In this document: positions 27,286 through 36,653 of the stretch, piece after piece
Numbering within the stretch: the stretch's first letter is position 1
How the letters are laid out: the number at the start of each line of letters is the position of its first letter
NCBI GenBank assembly: GCA_949031345.1
Contig: CARNVA010000010.1
Location: forward strand, 258 to 64,257
Direction of reading: 5' to 3'
Source: an uncultured Eubacteriales bacterium
Lineage (GTDB): Bacteria; Bacillota; Clostridia; Christensenellales; UBA1242
DNA length: 64,000 nt
Translations under genes and position numbers: made by a program
The notes under the pieces: model-generated
The model's input: the letters and a program-made list of their open reading frames with translations, nothing else
Told to the model about the DNA's origin: nothing
Database searches by the model: none

Positions 27286-27660
27286 TTAAACCTCTGTTGC
27301 CCACAAGCCATGTTTATTGCAATATGAATAAACTTTTGAATTTGCAAAGTAAGGGAATTTCACTTCAGCCACCTGACCAGCTTTAAGATGTTTTTTAATC
27401 TCAACCCCATCTGCTGAAAGCATTATCCATTCAATAAAATGTTCGTCTTCCATAACATGATTGACCTTGACAGTAATCTCATCGTCTGACTTCTCAACAA
27501 CAGGCAAGTGTTTTTCAACAGCACCATCTGAGTTGTTTGCCTTGCAAAAAACCATTTCTTGACCGCAGCATTTAATTCCGCAGTTGTCACAGGTGCAATC
27601 TTGCAAAACTTCAACTACTGCGCCGCATTTTACACATTTTTTCAATATCAATTCTTTCAT
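27286..27660 (-). CDS. dfx: desulfoferrodoxin (2Fe superoxide reductase)
   Basis: N-terminal desulforedoxin Cys cluster CVKCG...CC. The SOR domain has EKHLPVV, HVMEDEHFIEWI and YCNKHGLW. Confidence 0.88.
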   Translation of the reverse strand: MKELILKKCVKCGAVVEVLQDCTCDNCGIKCCGQEMVFCKANNSDGAVEKHLPVVEKSDDEITVKVNHVMEDEHFIEWIMLSADGVEIKKHLKAGQVAEVKFPYFANSKVYSYCNKHGLWATEV

Positions 27661-27825
27661 TCCAACCTCCTTATAATAAGTTTTGAAAGCATATATATTT
27701 TAATATGATTTTAATTTAAAAGCAAACAAATTAAAATAAAAATTCAATTTTTCCATTCCAAAGCAAAATAAAAAAGCATAGTTTAATTTAAACCAGCTTT
27801 TTTCTTATTTACTCAAATTTGTCAT

Positions 27826-28962
27826 TTATTTATTAAACATGATTTTTTCGCTTTTAAACATAAAGCTGAGCAGAACAATCAAAACAACCGAAACCGCAAG
27901 ATTTGACAATATTGAAAGCACTACGCCCAGTGGAGAAATTGAAAAAGTCATGATTGAAGAGATGACAAGTCCGCTTCCAAGAAGAGGAATTGCATAGAGT
28001 CCTATAGACGAAGTTGAAACAAACATTGACGCCATACCCATTATCAAAATCACCATCATAAGCGGTGTAATAAGTGAGCTTGCCTCTTTTACGCTCTTTG
28101 CATAGGCCGAAATAACTGAAAAAGCAGATATTATTACCAGCACTACAGATATGATAATTCCAAAAAGCATGAAATAGTCACCAACTGAATAGAAGGCGGC
28201 AGTATTTGCACCAATAATTCCATTCATAAGTTTTGGCAGCGATAATATTACGCCAATAAAGCTTGACAGACCACTTAGCACCGCAAAGCAGGAAAGACTG
28301 ACTATCTTTCCGATTGCAAGCTGCCACCTTTTAATTGGAGTGATAAGCATAGTTGCAATTGTTCCCCTTTCCTTTTCGCCAGCAATTGACTCAGATGCAA
28401 CCATAATGCAGGCAGAGGCAAGAAGAGAAAACATAAGCATTGGCACTATTGCAGAGAGAATGCTTCCTGCAAGTTCGCTTTCTTTTGCAAGGTCGAATTT
28501 AATATCAGCACTTCCATTCAATGTAAAAGAAGTCTCCATATAAGTATTAAATACCGCACTTATCATAATGTATGCAGCATTTGAATCCTCTTTTGCAGAA
28601 TTGTAATAAATTTGAATATCAGGGCATCTTCCTTCATTTAAATCTTCAACAAAGTTTTCTGGGAAGACTATAAAAAGCTCCGCCTCACCCTCTGCAACCT
28701 CAGCTTTAGCTTCATCCACCGTTTTTTCTTCGGTTTTTATTTTAAGCACGCCTTCAAGCACAGGCGCAAATTCAACTGGAACATTTTGCACATAAGCAGC
28801 TGGCTTATAATCTTTTGGCTTATTGTGACTTGAAGTAATCGTTCCTATCAAGGTATATACAAGATAAATCATAAGTCCTGGCAAAAGCAAGCTTATAATC
28901 ATTCTTCTGTCTTTAAAAAACCTTGCAAATTCTTTTTTTATTATTGTCCACACGCTTTTCAT
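27826..28962 (-). CDS. ABC-2 type exporter permease (NatB-like)
   Basis: 378 aa with an N-terminal TM, a large extracytoplasmic loop and five C-terminal TMs. It overlaps the ATPase gene by 4 nt. Confidence 0.8.
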   Translation of the reverse strand: MKSVWTIIKKEFARFFKDRRMIISLLLPGLMIYLVYTLIGTITSSHNKPKDYKPAAYVQNVPVEFAPVLEGVLKIKTEEKTVDEAKAEVAEGEAELFIVFPENFVEDLNEGRCPDIQIYYNSAKEDSNAAYIMISAVFNTYMETSFTLNGSADIKFDLAKESELAGSILSAIVPMLMFSLLASACIMVASESIAGEKERGTIATMLITPIKRWQLAIGKIVSLSCFAVLSGLSSFIGVILSLPKLMNGIIGANTAAFYSVGDYFMLFGIIISVVLVIISAFSVISAYAKSVKEASSLITPLMMVILIMGMASMFVSTSSIGLYAIPLLGSGLVISSIMTFSISPLGVVLSILSNLAVSVVLIVLLSFMFKSEKIMFNK

Positions 28963-29732
28963 TGTTTGCCTCCAAAACTTTCATACAACTGGAAAAAGGC
29001 ATCTTCAAGGCACATCTCTTTGGTTATATTTTCAAGTGCATCCACCTTCGCCAGTTTTCCATTGATAATAATTCCCACCCTGTCACAAAGTTTTTCGACC
29101 AGACTAAAAATATGTGTTGAAAGAATAATCGTTTTGCCTTGGGCTTTAAGCTCTTGCAAAAAGTCTGTGACAACTTTTGCAGTAATTACATCCAAGCCAT
29201 TTGTTGGCTCATCAAATATAATCACCTCAGGGTCATGAACAATTGAAATTACAAGCGAGACCTTTTGCTTCATGCCTGTTGACAGGTTTGCAAGTTTTAC
29301 CTCTGCAAACTGGTCAATTCCAAACTTTCTAAAGAGATTGCGTTTGCGCTCGTCTCTTGTCGTCTTATCAATTTGATAAAGCTCACTAAAAAAATCAAAC
29401 AAATAGTTTGGCGTAAAAAAGTCTTCAAGTTTAAGCTCGCTTGTCAAAAAACCAATCTTTTTTCTCACTTTATCTTGCTCAGAGGCAACATTATATCCAT
29501 CAATGAAAACATTTCCGCTGTCTGCTTTAATAAGAGTTGCAAGTATTCTCAGCGTGGTGGTCTTTCCTGCGCCGTTTGGCCCAAGCAAGCCAAAAATCTC
29601 ACCTTTGTAAGCAACGAGCGAAAGGTCATCAACCGCCACCTTAATTTCTGCATTTGTCTTTTCAAGCTTCTTTTGCTTTCTTGAAAGCTTGAAAGTCTTT
29701 TTTAAATTTTCTATTCTTAATATTTCTTCCAT
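28959..29732 (-). CDS. ABC transporter ATP-binding protein (NatA-like)
   Basis: Walker A GPNGAGKTT, signature LSTGMKQKV, Walker B VIIFDEPTNGLD. Confidence 0.92.
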   Translation of the reverse strand: MEEILRIENLKKTFKLSRKQKKLEKTNAEIKVAVDDLSLVAYKGEIFGLLGPNGAGKTTTLRILATLIKADSGNVFIDGYNVASEQDKVRKKIGFLTSELKLEDFFTPNYLFDFFSELYQIDKTTRDERKRNLFRKFGIDQFAEVKLANLSTGMKQKVSLVISIVHDPEVIIFDEPTNGLDVITAKVVTDFLQELKAQGKTIILSTHIFSLVEKLCDRVGIIINGKLAKVDALENITKEMCLEDAFFQLYESFGGKQ

Positions 29733-29738
29733 GTTAAG

Positions 29739-29765
29739 AGTTTACCCCCCCCCGAAAAATGTCAA
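29739..29765 (-). promoter_or_regulatory. second copy of the poly-G promoter cassette (G9), directly on the ABC ATPase start codon
   Basis: Minus strand reads TTGACA (29760-29765), then TTTTTC plus G9 as a 15-nt spacer, then TAAACT (29739-29744), CTTAAC and the ATG. There is no SD. Confidence 0.4.
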
Positions 29766-29900
29766 GCTTTTTGATACATTTTTTATTTTATAATAACATT
29801 TTTTATTGTCAAATATGTTTAATAATTTGATAATATTTATCAAATAAGCATGAAAAAAGCCATTTTTTAATTAAAAAGCTTAAATTTCAGTTAATTTTCA

Positions 29901-30032
29901 TTATTTATAATAATCGTGATCTATGCTTGGAAGTTCTTCATCTTCCCAACCTTCATATTACTTGGACGCTTTCTTTTGCACCTCAATTCGCCTCTCGACA
30001 GCCCTTTCAATGCTTTGTTTGAAATCTTTTTA
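29901..30032 (-). pseudogene. relic C-terminal fragment of a third member of paralogue family A
   Basis: The fragment is in frame after the TAG of 30036..30497 and reads KDFKQSIERAVERRIEVQKKASK*YEGWEDEELPSIDHDYYK*. It matches KEFKKSLERLEYLYEKF...EDEEELPSIDEDYYKD of 26595..27179 and is interrupted by TAA stops. Confidence 0.55.
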
Positions 30033-30035
30033 AAT

Positions 30036-30497
30036 CTACCAACCTAAAAAGCTGTCATCATAATAATCAAATTCATTTTCATTCTTTGCAAGTTTTGCCA
30101 TAAGCCTATCTTTTTCTTTCTCAAAGCTTTTGGCTTTTGTTGCATAAAGATTTATCGTCTTTCCATTCTTAAAAGTCGCAAGCATATCAATATATTTTGG
30201 ATTTTCTTCCACCCTCGAGTCAAGACTGGCAAAATTATTTCTGTTTATGCAACCAAAACCATCACATATTGAAACAAAATCTTCCATATACAAAAAGCCC
30301 ATTGCCCTAGTGATATTAAGCATAGGCAGTGATGGAAATTCGTGCATTGCAATTGCGCGTGTAAGTGGAATTTCTTTTCCACTTGTAAGCCCAGCCACCA
30401 AATACATTTTTTTATCTTTCTTTGTTGCGATAATATAATTCACATCCTCCGAATTTCTTATGAGTTTTAAGTTTTCCTTAATTAAATCTTTATCCAT
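30036..30497 (-). CDS. hypothetical protein, paralogue family A (shorter member)
   Basis: 153 aa sharing N-terminal and central blocks with 26595..27179 (IRNxEDVN.IAT.KD; F.S......INRNNF). Confidence 0.6.
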   Translation of the reverse strand: MDKDLIKENLKLIRNSEDVNYIIATKKDKKMYLVAGLTSGKEIPLTRAIAMHEFPSLPMLNITRAMGFLYMEDFVSICDGFGCINRNNFASLDSRVEENPKYIDMLATFKNGKTINLYATKAKSFEKEKDRLMAKLAKNENEFDYYDDSFLGW

Positions 30498-30708
30498 CTT
30501 TCACCTCATTTTAATTTTACCATAATATATGTTGTTTTTCAAGAGAAAAATAAAAAATAAGCCAGAAGTGTTTTCTTCGACCTTTATATTTCTTTTAATG
30601 TTTTTTATTATAGTTTTTATCCTTTTCAAGCACATCTTTTCAATTTTTGATAAAATAACGAAAATTTAAGCAAATTTTGACTATTTTCTTTTTAATTCGC
30701 TATATTTC

Positions 30709-30737
30709 TTGTCAAAAATGGACAAATTTATTATAAT
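30709..30737 (+). promoter_or_regulatory. sigma-70 promoter of the antiporter gene
   Basis: TTGTCA (30709-30714), a 17-nt spacer, then TATAAT (30732-30737). Confidence 0.6.
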
Positions 30738-30759
30738 AGGCTTTAATTAAAGGAATAAT

Positions 30760-31962
30760 ATGGCAATATTTTTAAACATTTTATTTTTAATAATTGGCTT
30801 AGCTTTGCTTATTAAAGGGGCTGACTTTTTTGTAAGTGGTGCAAGTGCTATCGCCAAAAAATTTAAAGTGCCAGCTATGCTTATAGGGCTTACCATTGTT
30901 GCACTTGGCACCAGCTTGCCCGAGCTTTCTGTAAGTGTGGCAAGTGCTATTAAAGACAGCACAGATATGTCGGTGGGCAATATTGTGGGTTCAAACATGA
31001 TGAACATGCTTTTAATTCTTGGCATAGTTGCCATAATTCATCCAGTACCAATCACAAAAAGCAACAAAAAAATTGATTTCCCTTTTTTAATTGTTCTTAC
31101 CATGCTGCTTCTTGTCTTCTCTTCTGATGTCATTTTAAATGGCGATGCTCAAAATATGATTTCTCGCACCGAAAGCATTGTCTATCTTGCCATGCTTGTA
31201 TTTTATATAACCATTCTTGTAATAAACGCAAATCTTTCAAAAAAACTTCCTTTTGCTAAAGAGAACGAATTAAATTTCAGTGGAGAAATGACCTCTCAAA
31301 CAAAAAAAGAAACCATTTCAAAGGATGAAGATAAGGGCGAAAATAAATTGGAAACAAATTTAATTTCCACCCTTGATAATGATGAAAATTCACAAAAAAA
31401 TCTTCAAACAAGCGAAAATCAAAATCAAAATTTTATTAAGCAGAAAGAAAAATCAAAGAAATTTAAGTTTAAAAAAGAAAAGAATAAAGACAAAATATTA
31501 AAGGGCTGGCAGATAGCACTATGTTTGATTTTTGGTCTTGCTGCAGTTGTATTTGGGGCTGAATGCGTAAGCACCACTGCGCAGTTTCTTGCAATTAAAA
31601 TCGGAATGAGCGAGGCTCTAGTCGGCCTGACCATTGTATCAGTTGGCACCAGCTTGCCCGAGCTTGCCACATCAATTGCAGCTTCAAGACGAGGCGACAA
31701 TCAAATGGCCCTTGGCAATATTTTAGGCTCAAATGTCATCAACATAGCACTTGTTTTAGGGCTAGTCGGCGTGATATCTCCCGTTGCAATAACATCAGCA
31801 ATTTTGATTGACATGCTTATTCTTACAATATTCACAATCATATTTTCAGTGATTTGCATGACAAGCAAAAAGGAAATTAGACGCTGGGTCGGCATACTTC
31901 TTTTAATAATGTATATTGCCTATATTACTTTTGCAATTGTAAGAAATTATGTAGGATTTTAA
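30760..31962 (+). CDS. Ca2+/Na+ antiporter family (CaCA/YrbG-like) with a long hydrophilic central loop
   Basis: Two alpha-repeats, GTSLPELSVSV...GNIVGSN and GTSLPELATSI...GNILGSNV, are separated by a Lys/Glu/Asn-rich loop of about 90 aa. Confidence 0.88.
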   Translation: MAIFLNILFLIIGLALLIKGADFFVSGASAIAKKFKVPAMLIGLTIVALGTSLPELSVSVASAIKDSTDMSVGNIVGSNMMNMLLILGIVAIIHPVPITKSNKKIDFPFLIVLTMLLLVFSSDVILNGDAQNMISRTESIVYLAMLVFYITILVINANLSKKLPFAKENELNFSGEMTSQTKKETISKDEDKGENKLETNLISTLDNDENSQKNLQTSENQNQNFIKQKEKSKKFKFKKEKNKDKILKGWQIALCLIFGLAAVVFGAECVSTTAQFLAIKIGMSEALVGLTIVSVGTSLPELATSIAASRRGDNQMALGNILGSNVINIALVLGLVGVISPVAITSAILIDMLILTIFTIIFSVICMTSKKEIRRWVGILLLIMYIAYITFAIVRNYVGF

Positions 31963-32010
31963 AAAAGTTTTTAAAAAAAACTTAAAATTTAATATGCTTT
32001 ACAAAAACTA

Positions 32011-32056
32011 AAAAAGAAGATGGTGAAAAAATTCATCATCTTTTATATTTTTTTTC
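32011..32056. terminator. bidirectional terminator
   Basis: AAGAUGGUGA-AAAAAU-UCAUCAUCUU (10 bp, one G-U pair), flanked by A- and T-runs. Confidence 0.55.
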
Positions 32057-32945
32057 ATGATTTTTCATCATTTTTTATATTTTTTTGATATTTTTCTGCA
32101 ATTTTTAAGCATTTTGACAGATTTTTAAAGAAATCTTGATTTTTATAATAAATATATTTCAGCTCGCTTTTTGGAAAAGGATGAGGAAATTTGTCGTCAC
32201 CAAGCTCTATTGTAAGTGCAGGAATTTTAAGCTTTTTCACGCACCAATCTTTAAATCCACCACTGCTTATTTTTTGCGTTGACCTTATATGGTAGCCACT
32301 GCTTCTTGCAAAAACCTTGGCAATCTTTCTGTCTCTTCTTCGCCTTAATCCTGTCTGATGAAAATCGTAATAAACTTCCTCGCCTTTGAGGTGAAAGCTT
32401 ATTGAAATAAACAAATCCAAATTTTTTGACCATTCAGCCAAAGCCTGCACTTCGGGCTCACTCATAGCTTTATATCCATAAAAGCCTTGGCTTGACGGAA
32501 CAGTTTTGTTTGAAAACTTATTATGCCAGTCGGCATCCCAATTATTATTCAAATCAACTCCGTTTGCATTTGCCTTAAATAGTGAAAAATCTTCACTTTG
32601 ATTTATTTCAATAAGTCTTTCTTTATCATTATCACTTAAGTTTCCACAGCCATTCACACAAAGCTCGACACCATCTGGATTGACAAGCGGAACAAAGGAA
32701 ATGTTAAAGTCAAGTTTATGTTTATATGCCTCTTTCATAAACATGCAAATCAAATCACATGAAAGATGCTCGCGTGCATGCATTCCGCCTGTCACAAGTG
32801 CCCATTTAGCACTTGGAGCTGAAATATAATTGACAGCATAAATATCTCTGCCCAAAGCAGACTTGCCAATTATGACTATTTCATAAAAATCTTTTACTTC
32901 ATCAATAAATGCTTCAAGCTGACTTTGCTGCATAACACTCTCCAT
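32055..32945 (-). CDS. M14-family zinc carboxypeptidase (gamma-D-glutamyl-diamino-acid peptidase-like)
   Basis: GGMHAREHLS (HxxE), VNPDG, ANGVDLNNNW, SEPE and a distal His in FHLKGE. Confidence 0.8.
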   Translation of the reverse strand: MESVMQQSQLEAFIDEVKDFYEIVIIGKSALGRDIYAVNYISAPSAKWALVTGGMHAREHLSCDLICMFMKEAYKHKLDFNISFVPLVNPDGVELCVNGCGNLSDNDKERLIEINQSEDFSLFKANANGVDLNNNWDADWHNKFSNKTVPSSQGFYGYKAMSEPEVQALAEWSKNLDLFISISFHLKGEEVYYDFHQTGLRRRRDRKIAKVFARSSGYHIRSTQKISSGGFKDWCVKKLKIPALTIELGDDKFPHPFPKSELKYIYYKNQDFFKNLSKCLKIAEKYQKNIKNDEKS

Positions 32946-32956
32946 TTTTTATTTTC

Positions 32957-33814
32957 TTAATTCTTCTTTGAATGAAGATTTTGAATTGTTCTATTTAAAA
33001 ACTCTTCAAAATTTTTGTGATAAAGCTTTTCAATTTGTTCTTTATTAAAACCCGCATCCATTAAAGCCTGAGTTAAGTTTAAAAAATCGCAATAATTTTC
33101 AAGCCCTTTCGGATAATTTTCAATTCCATAAAAGTCAGAGCCTATGCCAATGTTGTCAAAACCCCATCGGTTTGCAAAATATTTGAGATTTTCTACTATA
33201 TCAAAAACACTAAAATCTTTGCCAATCTTCACACACCTATCAAAGAAAAACAGTCCAATAAAACCATTTGACTTTACAATTGTTTCAACTTGCTTATCTG
33301 TCAAGTTGCGCTTTGCGTTTTTAATTCCTCGAAAACCAGTATGAGAACAATATAAATTATTCTTTACAAGCTTTGACAGTTGATAAAAACTTTGACAGTT
33401 TAAGTGGGCAAAATCAATTACTGTTCCCCTTTCTATAAGCATGTTTGCCACCTTCCAGCCAAGCTTAGTCAACCCACCTCGGCTAGCCGTTCCGCATGCA
33501 AGAGGATTTTCTCCATTCCAAGTCAGCGAGCATGAAAAGGGATTGATTAAATTTAGAAATTGAAAGGCATTTTCATCAGAAACCCACCAAAGATCTTCTA
33601 AATGTAAAAGAAAGTCGCAATTTTCTCTCATAACTTTCGCCTTCTCTTCAAGCTCATAAAAAATACTTGCCCGGTCACGCTTAGTGCTCCAATATGACGC
33701 GCAAATCACTTTCACTCCACTTTCTTTGCACGACTTAATATAGCTTGGTAAGGCGTCCACTTTAAGCTCAGTCAAAAAGTCATTATGTGTATCACAAATT
33801 TCAATCATTTCCAT
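32957..33814 (-). CDS. M19-family membrane dipeptidase
   Basis: ICDTHNDF, SLTWNGENPLA, VIDFAHLN, YCSHTGFRG...RNLTD, GIGSDFYG. Confidence 0.82.
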   Translation of the reverse strand: MEMIEICDTHNDFLTELKVDALPSYIKSCKESGVKVICASYWSTKRDRASIFYELEEKAKVMRENCDFLLHLEDLWWVSDENAFQFLNLINPFSCSLTWNGENPLACGTASRGGLTKLGWKVANMLIERGTVIDFAHLNCQSFYQLSKLVKNNLYCSHTGFRGIKNAKRNLTDKQVETIVKSNGFIGLFFFDRCVKIGKDFSVFDIVENLKYFANRWGFDNIGIGSDFYGIENYPKGLENYCDFLNLTQALMDAGFNKEQIEKLYHKNFEEFLNRTIQNLHSKKN

Positions 33815-33966
33815 ATACTTTCTTATGACATGTGAATGATTAGTGACATGAAAATGATTATATTTAGCATAAATAAATTATCATCAACCTTAAAAATTTA
33901 AAATAAAAATAACAATAAGCTTTGACGCTATTGAAAAATAAAAAATATATGATATAATAAAGAAAG

Positions 33967-34614
33967 ATGAAAAAGAAAATAGCCATTGACCTTGATAAAA
34001 CTCTGTTTAATTGCAACTCGCTTGTATATTCTTTTTTAAACCAATTAAATTTCAACAAAGCAAAAAAACTCAAACATAAAGATATACAAAAAGGCATTTA
34101 TAAAAGTTCTGCATTAAATAAAGTATTCAAATTATTTAATCCGAAAAAGTACTATCCTTATAAGGATGCGATTGAAACAATAAATGAGCTTTATGAAAAG
34201 GGCTATGAAATTCATCTTGTTTCAAACCGCCCAGAATGGAAACCTCTTATTGCAATGACCATTGAAAGCCTTAAACTTCACGGATTAAAATATCACAAAC
34301 TTATCATGGGTTGCAACAATAAATTGGCCTATGCGGAACAAGAAAATTTGGACTATTTCATTGACAACGACATCAACCTTTGCTTAAATCTGCTAAATAC
34401 AGAAAACACTAAACCAATCTATTTCAATTCTTCAAAAAGAAAGACTGAATTTAAACTTAAAGCTGCTGGCTTCTATGATTTTTTGGATTGGAAAGAAATA
34501 AAGGGCTTTTTGAATAACGATGAGAGCGCATTGCTTCAAAATCCAAGCTATCACAGACTAAACAGAGATGAATTTGCCTTTTCTGACAGCGACGAAAACA
34601 ACCTTGAATATTAA
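33967..34614 (+). CDS. HAD-superfamily hydrolase, 5'(3')-deoxyribonucleotidase-like
   Basis: Motif I is IAIDLDKTL (DxDxT) and motif II is HLVSNR. The size and layout match small HAD nucleotidases; substrate is not determinable. Confidence 0.55.
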   Translation: MKKKIAIDLDKTLFNCNSLVYSFLNQLNFNKAKKLKHKDIQKGIYKSSALNKVFKLFNPKKYYPYKDAIETINELYEKGYEIHLVSNRPEWKPLIAMTIESLKLHGLKYHKLIMGCNNKLAYAEQENLDYFIDNDINLCLNLLNTENTKPIYFNSSKRKTEFKLKAAGFYDFLDWKEIKGFLNNDESALLQNPSYHRLNRDEFAFSDSDENNLEY

Positions 34615-34622
34615 ATAACATG

Positions 34623-34652
34623 AAAAAAAGACACTTTTAAAAGTGTCTTTTG
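34623..34652. terminator. bidirectional terminator
   Basis: Perfect palindrome AGACACTTTTAAAAGTGTCT flanked by A- and T-runs. Confidence 0.65.
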
Positions 34653-34658
34653 TTATTT

Positions 34659-35237
34659 TTAATAGTCTTCATGCTCATCCTCAAGCTTGTCATCATCGAT
34701 CTGCTTGCAATAATCTTTTATATAGTCTTCATAGTCTTGAATAAGCGTTTTAGAAAAACTATAAAACTCATCAAAGACCTCATCATTATCTTGCTTTATT
34801 TGCGAATAAATCTTGCTTTGCAGCACCGCATCAAGTTTGTCCATTTGTTTGACAAATCTTGCTTCTGGAGTCTTGCCCTCTTCAAACTCTTTCCAAAGGG
34901 TTAATATATCCGGCATATTGCATTCTTTTGATAGACGCTTAATACAATTCAGCTCGCCTTCATACTTTTCCTGTTTGCTTATTTTATCAAAAGGTGTATG
35001 ATCTCCAAAATCAATTTCGCAAAGCTCATGATAAAGCACCATTTTTAATACCTTAAGCTGATTAAGCGGCAACTTATGCTTCTCCATTATTTCAAGCGCA
35101 AGAAGAGCCATAGAAAAACTATGCTCGGCATCACTTTCAACTCTTCCCCCTTCTTTTTGAGAGGATACCCCTCTCATAAGCCAGCCCTTTCGCAATAAAG
35201 TCTTAAGTTTAAAAATTTCCAAATATAAACTGCTCAT
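34659..35237 (-). CDS. HD-domain phosphohydrolase (YfbR-like 5'-deoxynucleotidase)
   Basis: ESDAEHSFSMALLAL and YHELCEIDFGD (the H...HD...D pattern). Extended -10 TGTTATAAT and a GGTGG SD lie upstream. Confidence 0.75.
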   Translation of the reverse strand: MSSLYLEIFKLKTLLRKGWLMRGVSSQKEGGRVESDAEHSFSMALLALEIMEKHKLPLNQLKVLKMVLYHELCEIDFGDHTPFDKISKQEKYEGELNCIKRLSKECNMPDILTLWKEFEEGKTPEARFVKQMDKLDAVLQSKIYSQIKQDNDEVFDEFYSFSKTLIQDYEDYIKDYCKQIDDDKLEDEHEDY

Positions 35238-35446
35238 ATTCCACCTAACATTATTATAACATATATTAAAATTTAAGTAAAGTAACAGTTATAAATAAAA
35301 ATTTCTTTCAGCAAGCACGAATCATATTTTCAATCTTCTATTTTGCTTTAATAAGAAATCTTACTGTATAAGACTTTGGCTGAACAGTGCCTGAATTTCC
35401 AAATGGACAGCTTACTGTTTTTACATAAAAAAAGGATTGAATTTAA

Positions 35447-35950
35447 TCAATCCTCATTTTTTTGAGTCACTTCATTTGTATTATTCTCTTCATTCTCTCC
35501 TGCTTGAGCAGTCTCTTCCTTTGTCTTTTCGTCAGTAGGTATAGTTTTCTCTGCCTCTGGTTTTTTCAAAGACTTGTCCTTTTTCTTTTTATCCGTCTTT
35601 TCCTCTTTATTGCCCTTGTCAAATTTAAAAGTCTCTTTTACTCCATTTTTGAAATTGTCAATTGAAGTCTTGTCTTTTGGAAGCAAAGCATCACCAATTC
35701 TTGCAAGCACCGAGCCCGCAACAATCATAACAAGAAATGGAACAGCCACCATCCAAGCGATGAAGGCGTCATCTGTTTTAAATTTAAAGAAAAGCACCAT
35801 AAATGTTATAAATGAAGCTAAAAAGCCTGCAAGTCCAAATGCGATTAAAAGGCCACCAGACAGTTGAAAAGCAAACTTAACTCTTTTTGCACTTTTTTCA
35901 TTTCCGCTGGCAATAATTTTATCATTGATTTTTTTAATATAATTTTCCAT
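35447..35950 (-). CDS. hypothetical membrane protein with a Lys/Glu-rich tail
   Basis: 167 aa with two adjacent TMs (LLIAFGLAGFLASFITFMVLFF; WMVAVPFLVMIVAGSVLA). A terminator hairpin AGGAUUGA/UCAAUCCU overlaps the stop codon. Confidence 0.6.
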   Translation of the reverse strand: MENYIKKINDKIIASGNEKSAKRVKFAFQLSGGLLIAFGLAGFLASFITFMVLFFKFKTDDAFIAWMVAVPFLVMIVAGSVLARIGDALLPKDKTSIDNFKNGVKETFKFDKGNKEEKTDKKKKDKSLKKPEAEKTIPTDEKTKEETAQAGENEENNTNEVTQKNED

Positions 35951-36287
35951 AAATCCTCTTCAGTTTTAATTCAATAGCAATATAAATATAACATATACTT
36001 TATGTATTTTCAATAATATTAACAAAATTTTTCAAAAAAGAGGAAAAAGCCTTGCAAAAATCATGAAAATAATATAAAATGACTACGCTAGTTTATTTCA
36101 AAAAACTCAAATTTTTTATAATCAAAATTTGGCTAGCAAACAAAAATTCAAAGCGGATGTAAAGAGACAAGCTCATTAAAAATAATAATTTTTAGGGCGC
36201 AAAAAGCAAATAGCTGAAATTTGTGGCATAGAGCTTCAAATAATAAGTCAAATAGTCTAAAAGCTGACATTATATTTTTTAGATATG

Positions 36288-36369
36288 CGGATATGGCGGA
36301 ATGGCAGACGCGCTGGATTTAGGTTCCAGTCCGAAAGGGTGCAGGTTCAACTCCTGTTATCCGCACCAA
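36288..36369 (+). tRNA. tRNA-Leu (anticodon UAG), CCA encoded
   Basis: Acceptor GCGGATA/TATCCGC, D-arm GGCGGAATGGCAGACGC, anticodon stem CTGGA/TCCAG with loop TTTAGGT, variable arm CCGAAAGG, T-arm GCAGGTTCAACTCCTGT. Confidence 0.9.
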
Positions 36370-36452
36370 AAATAAACTAAATTGAAACACAGAAAACAGC
36401 TTTGACAGGTAATTTAAATCGCAAATATTTTAATATTTTGAATTAAAAAGTA

Positions 36453-36617
36453 ATGATTATGAAAAATTATGAGATTTTATCAGATTATTGCAAAATATTA
36501 TGGTGCGAAGGTTTAAATATAACAATTCAAAAATATACGCAAGTAAGTGGTTTTATGTTCAATGATAAAAATCAATTATTGATTGTAAGAAACGAAGATA
36601 CCTTGGACAATTATTAA
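36453..36617 (+). pseudogene. possible truncated Nudix-like gene fragment
   Basis: A 54-codon ORF ending ...VSGFMFNDKNQLLIVRNEDTLDNY* looks like the first strands of a Nudix fold, but it stops before any Nudix box. The call is weak. Confidence 0.25.
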
Positions 36618-36653
36618 AAAGCAATTATCAATTTAACAAAAAAAGGAGAAAAT

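Noticed and set aside
33967-35237. A convergent HAD nucleotidase and HD 5'-deoxynucleotidase pair considered as a functional nucleotide-housecleaning module.
   Set aside because: The two genes are convergent, separated by a bidirectional terminator, and each has its own promoter. Nothing beyond adjacency links them, and the substrate assignments are themselves tentative.
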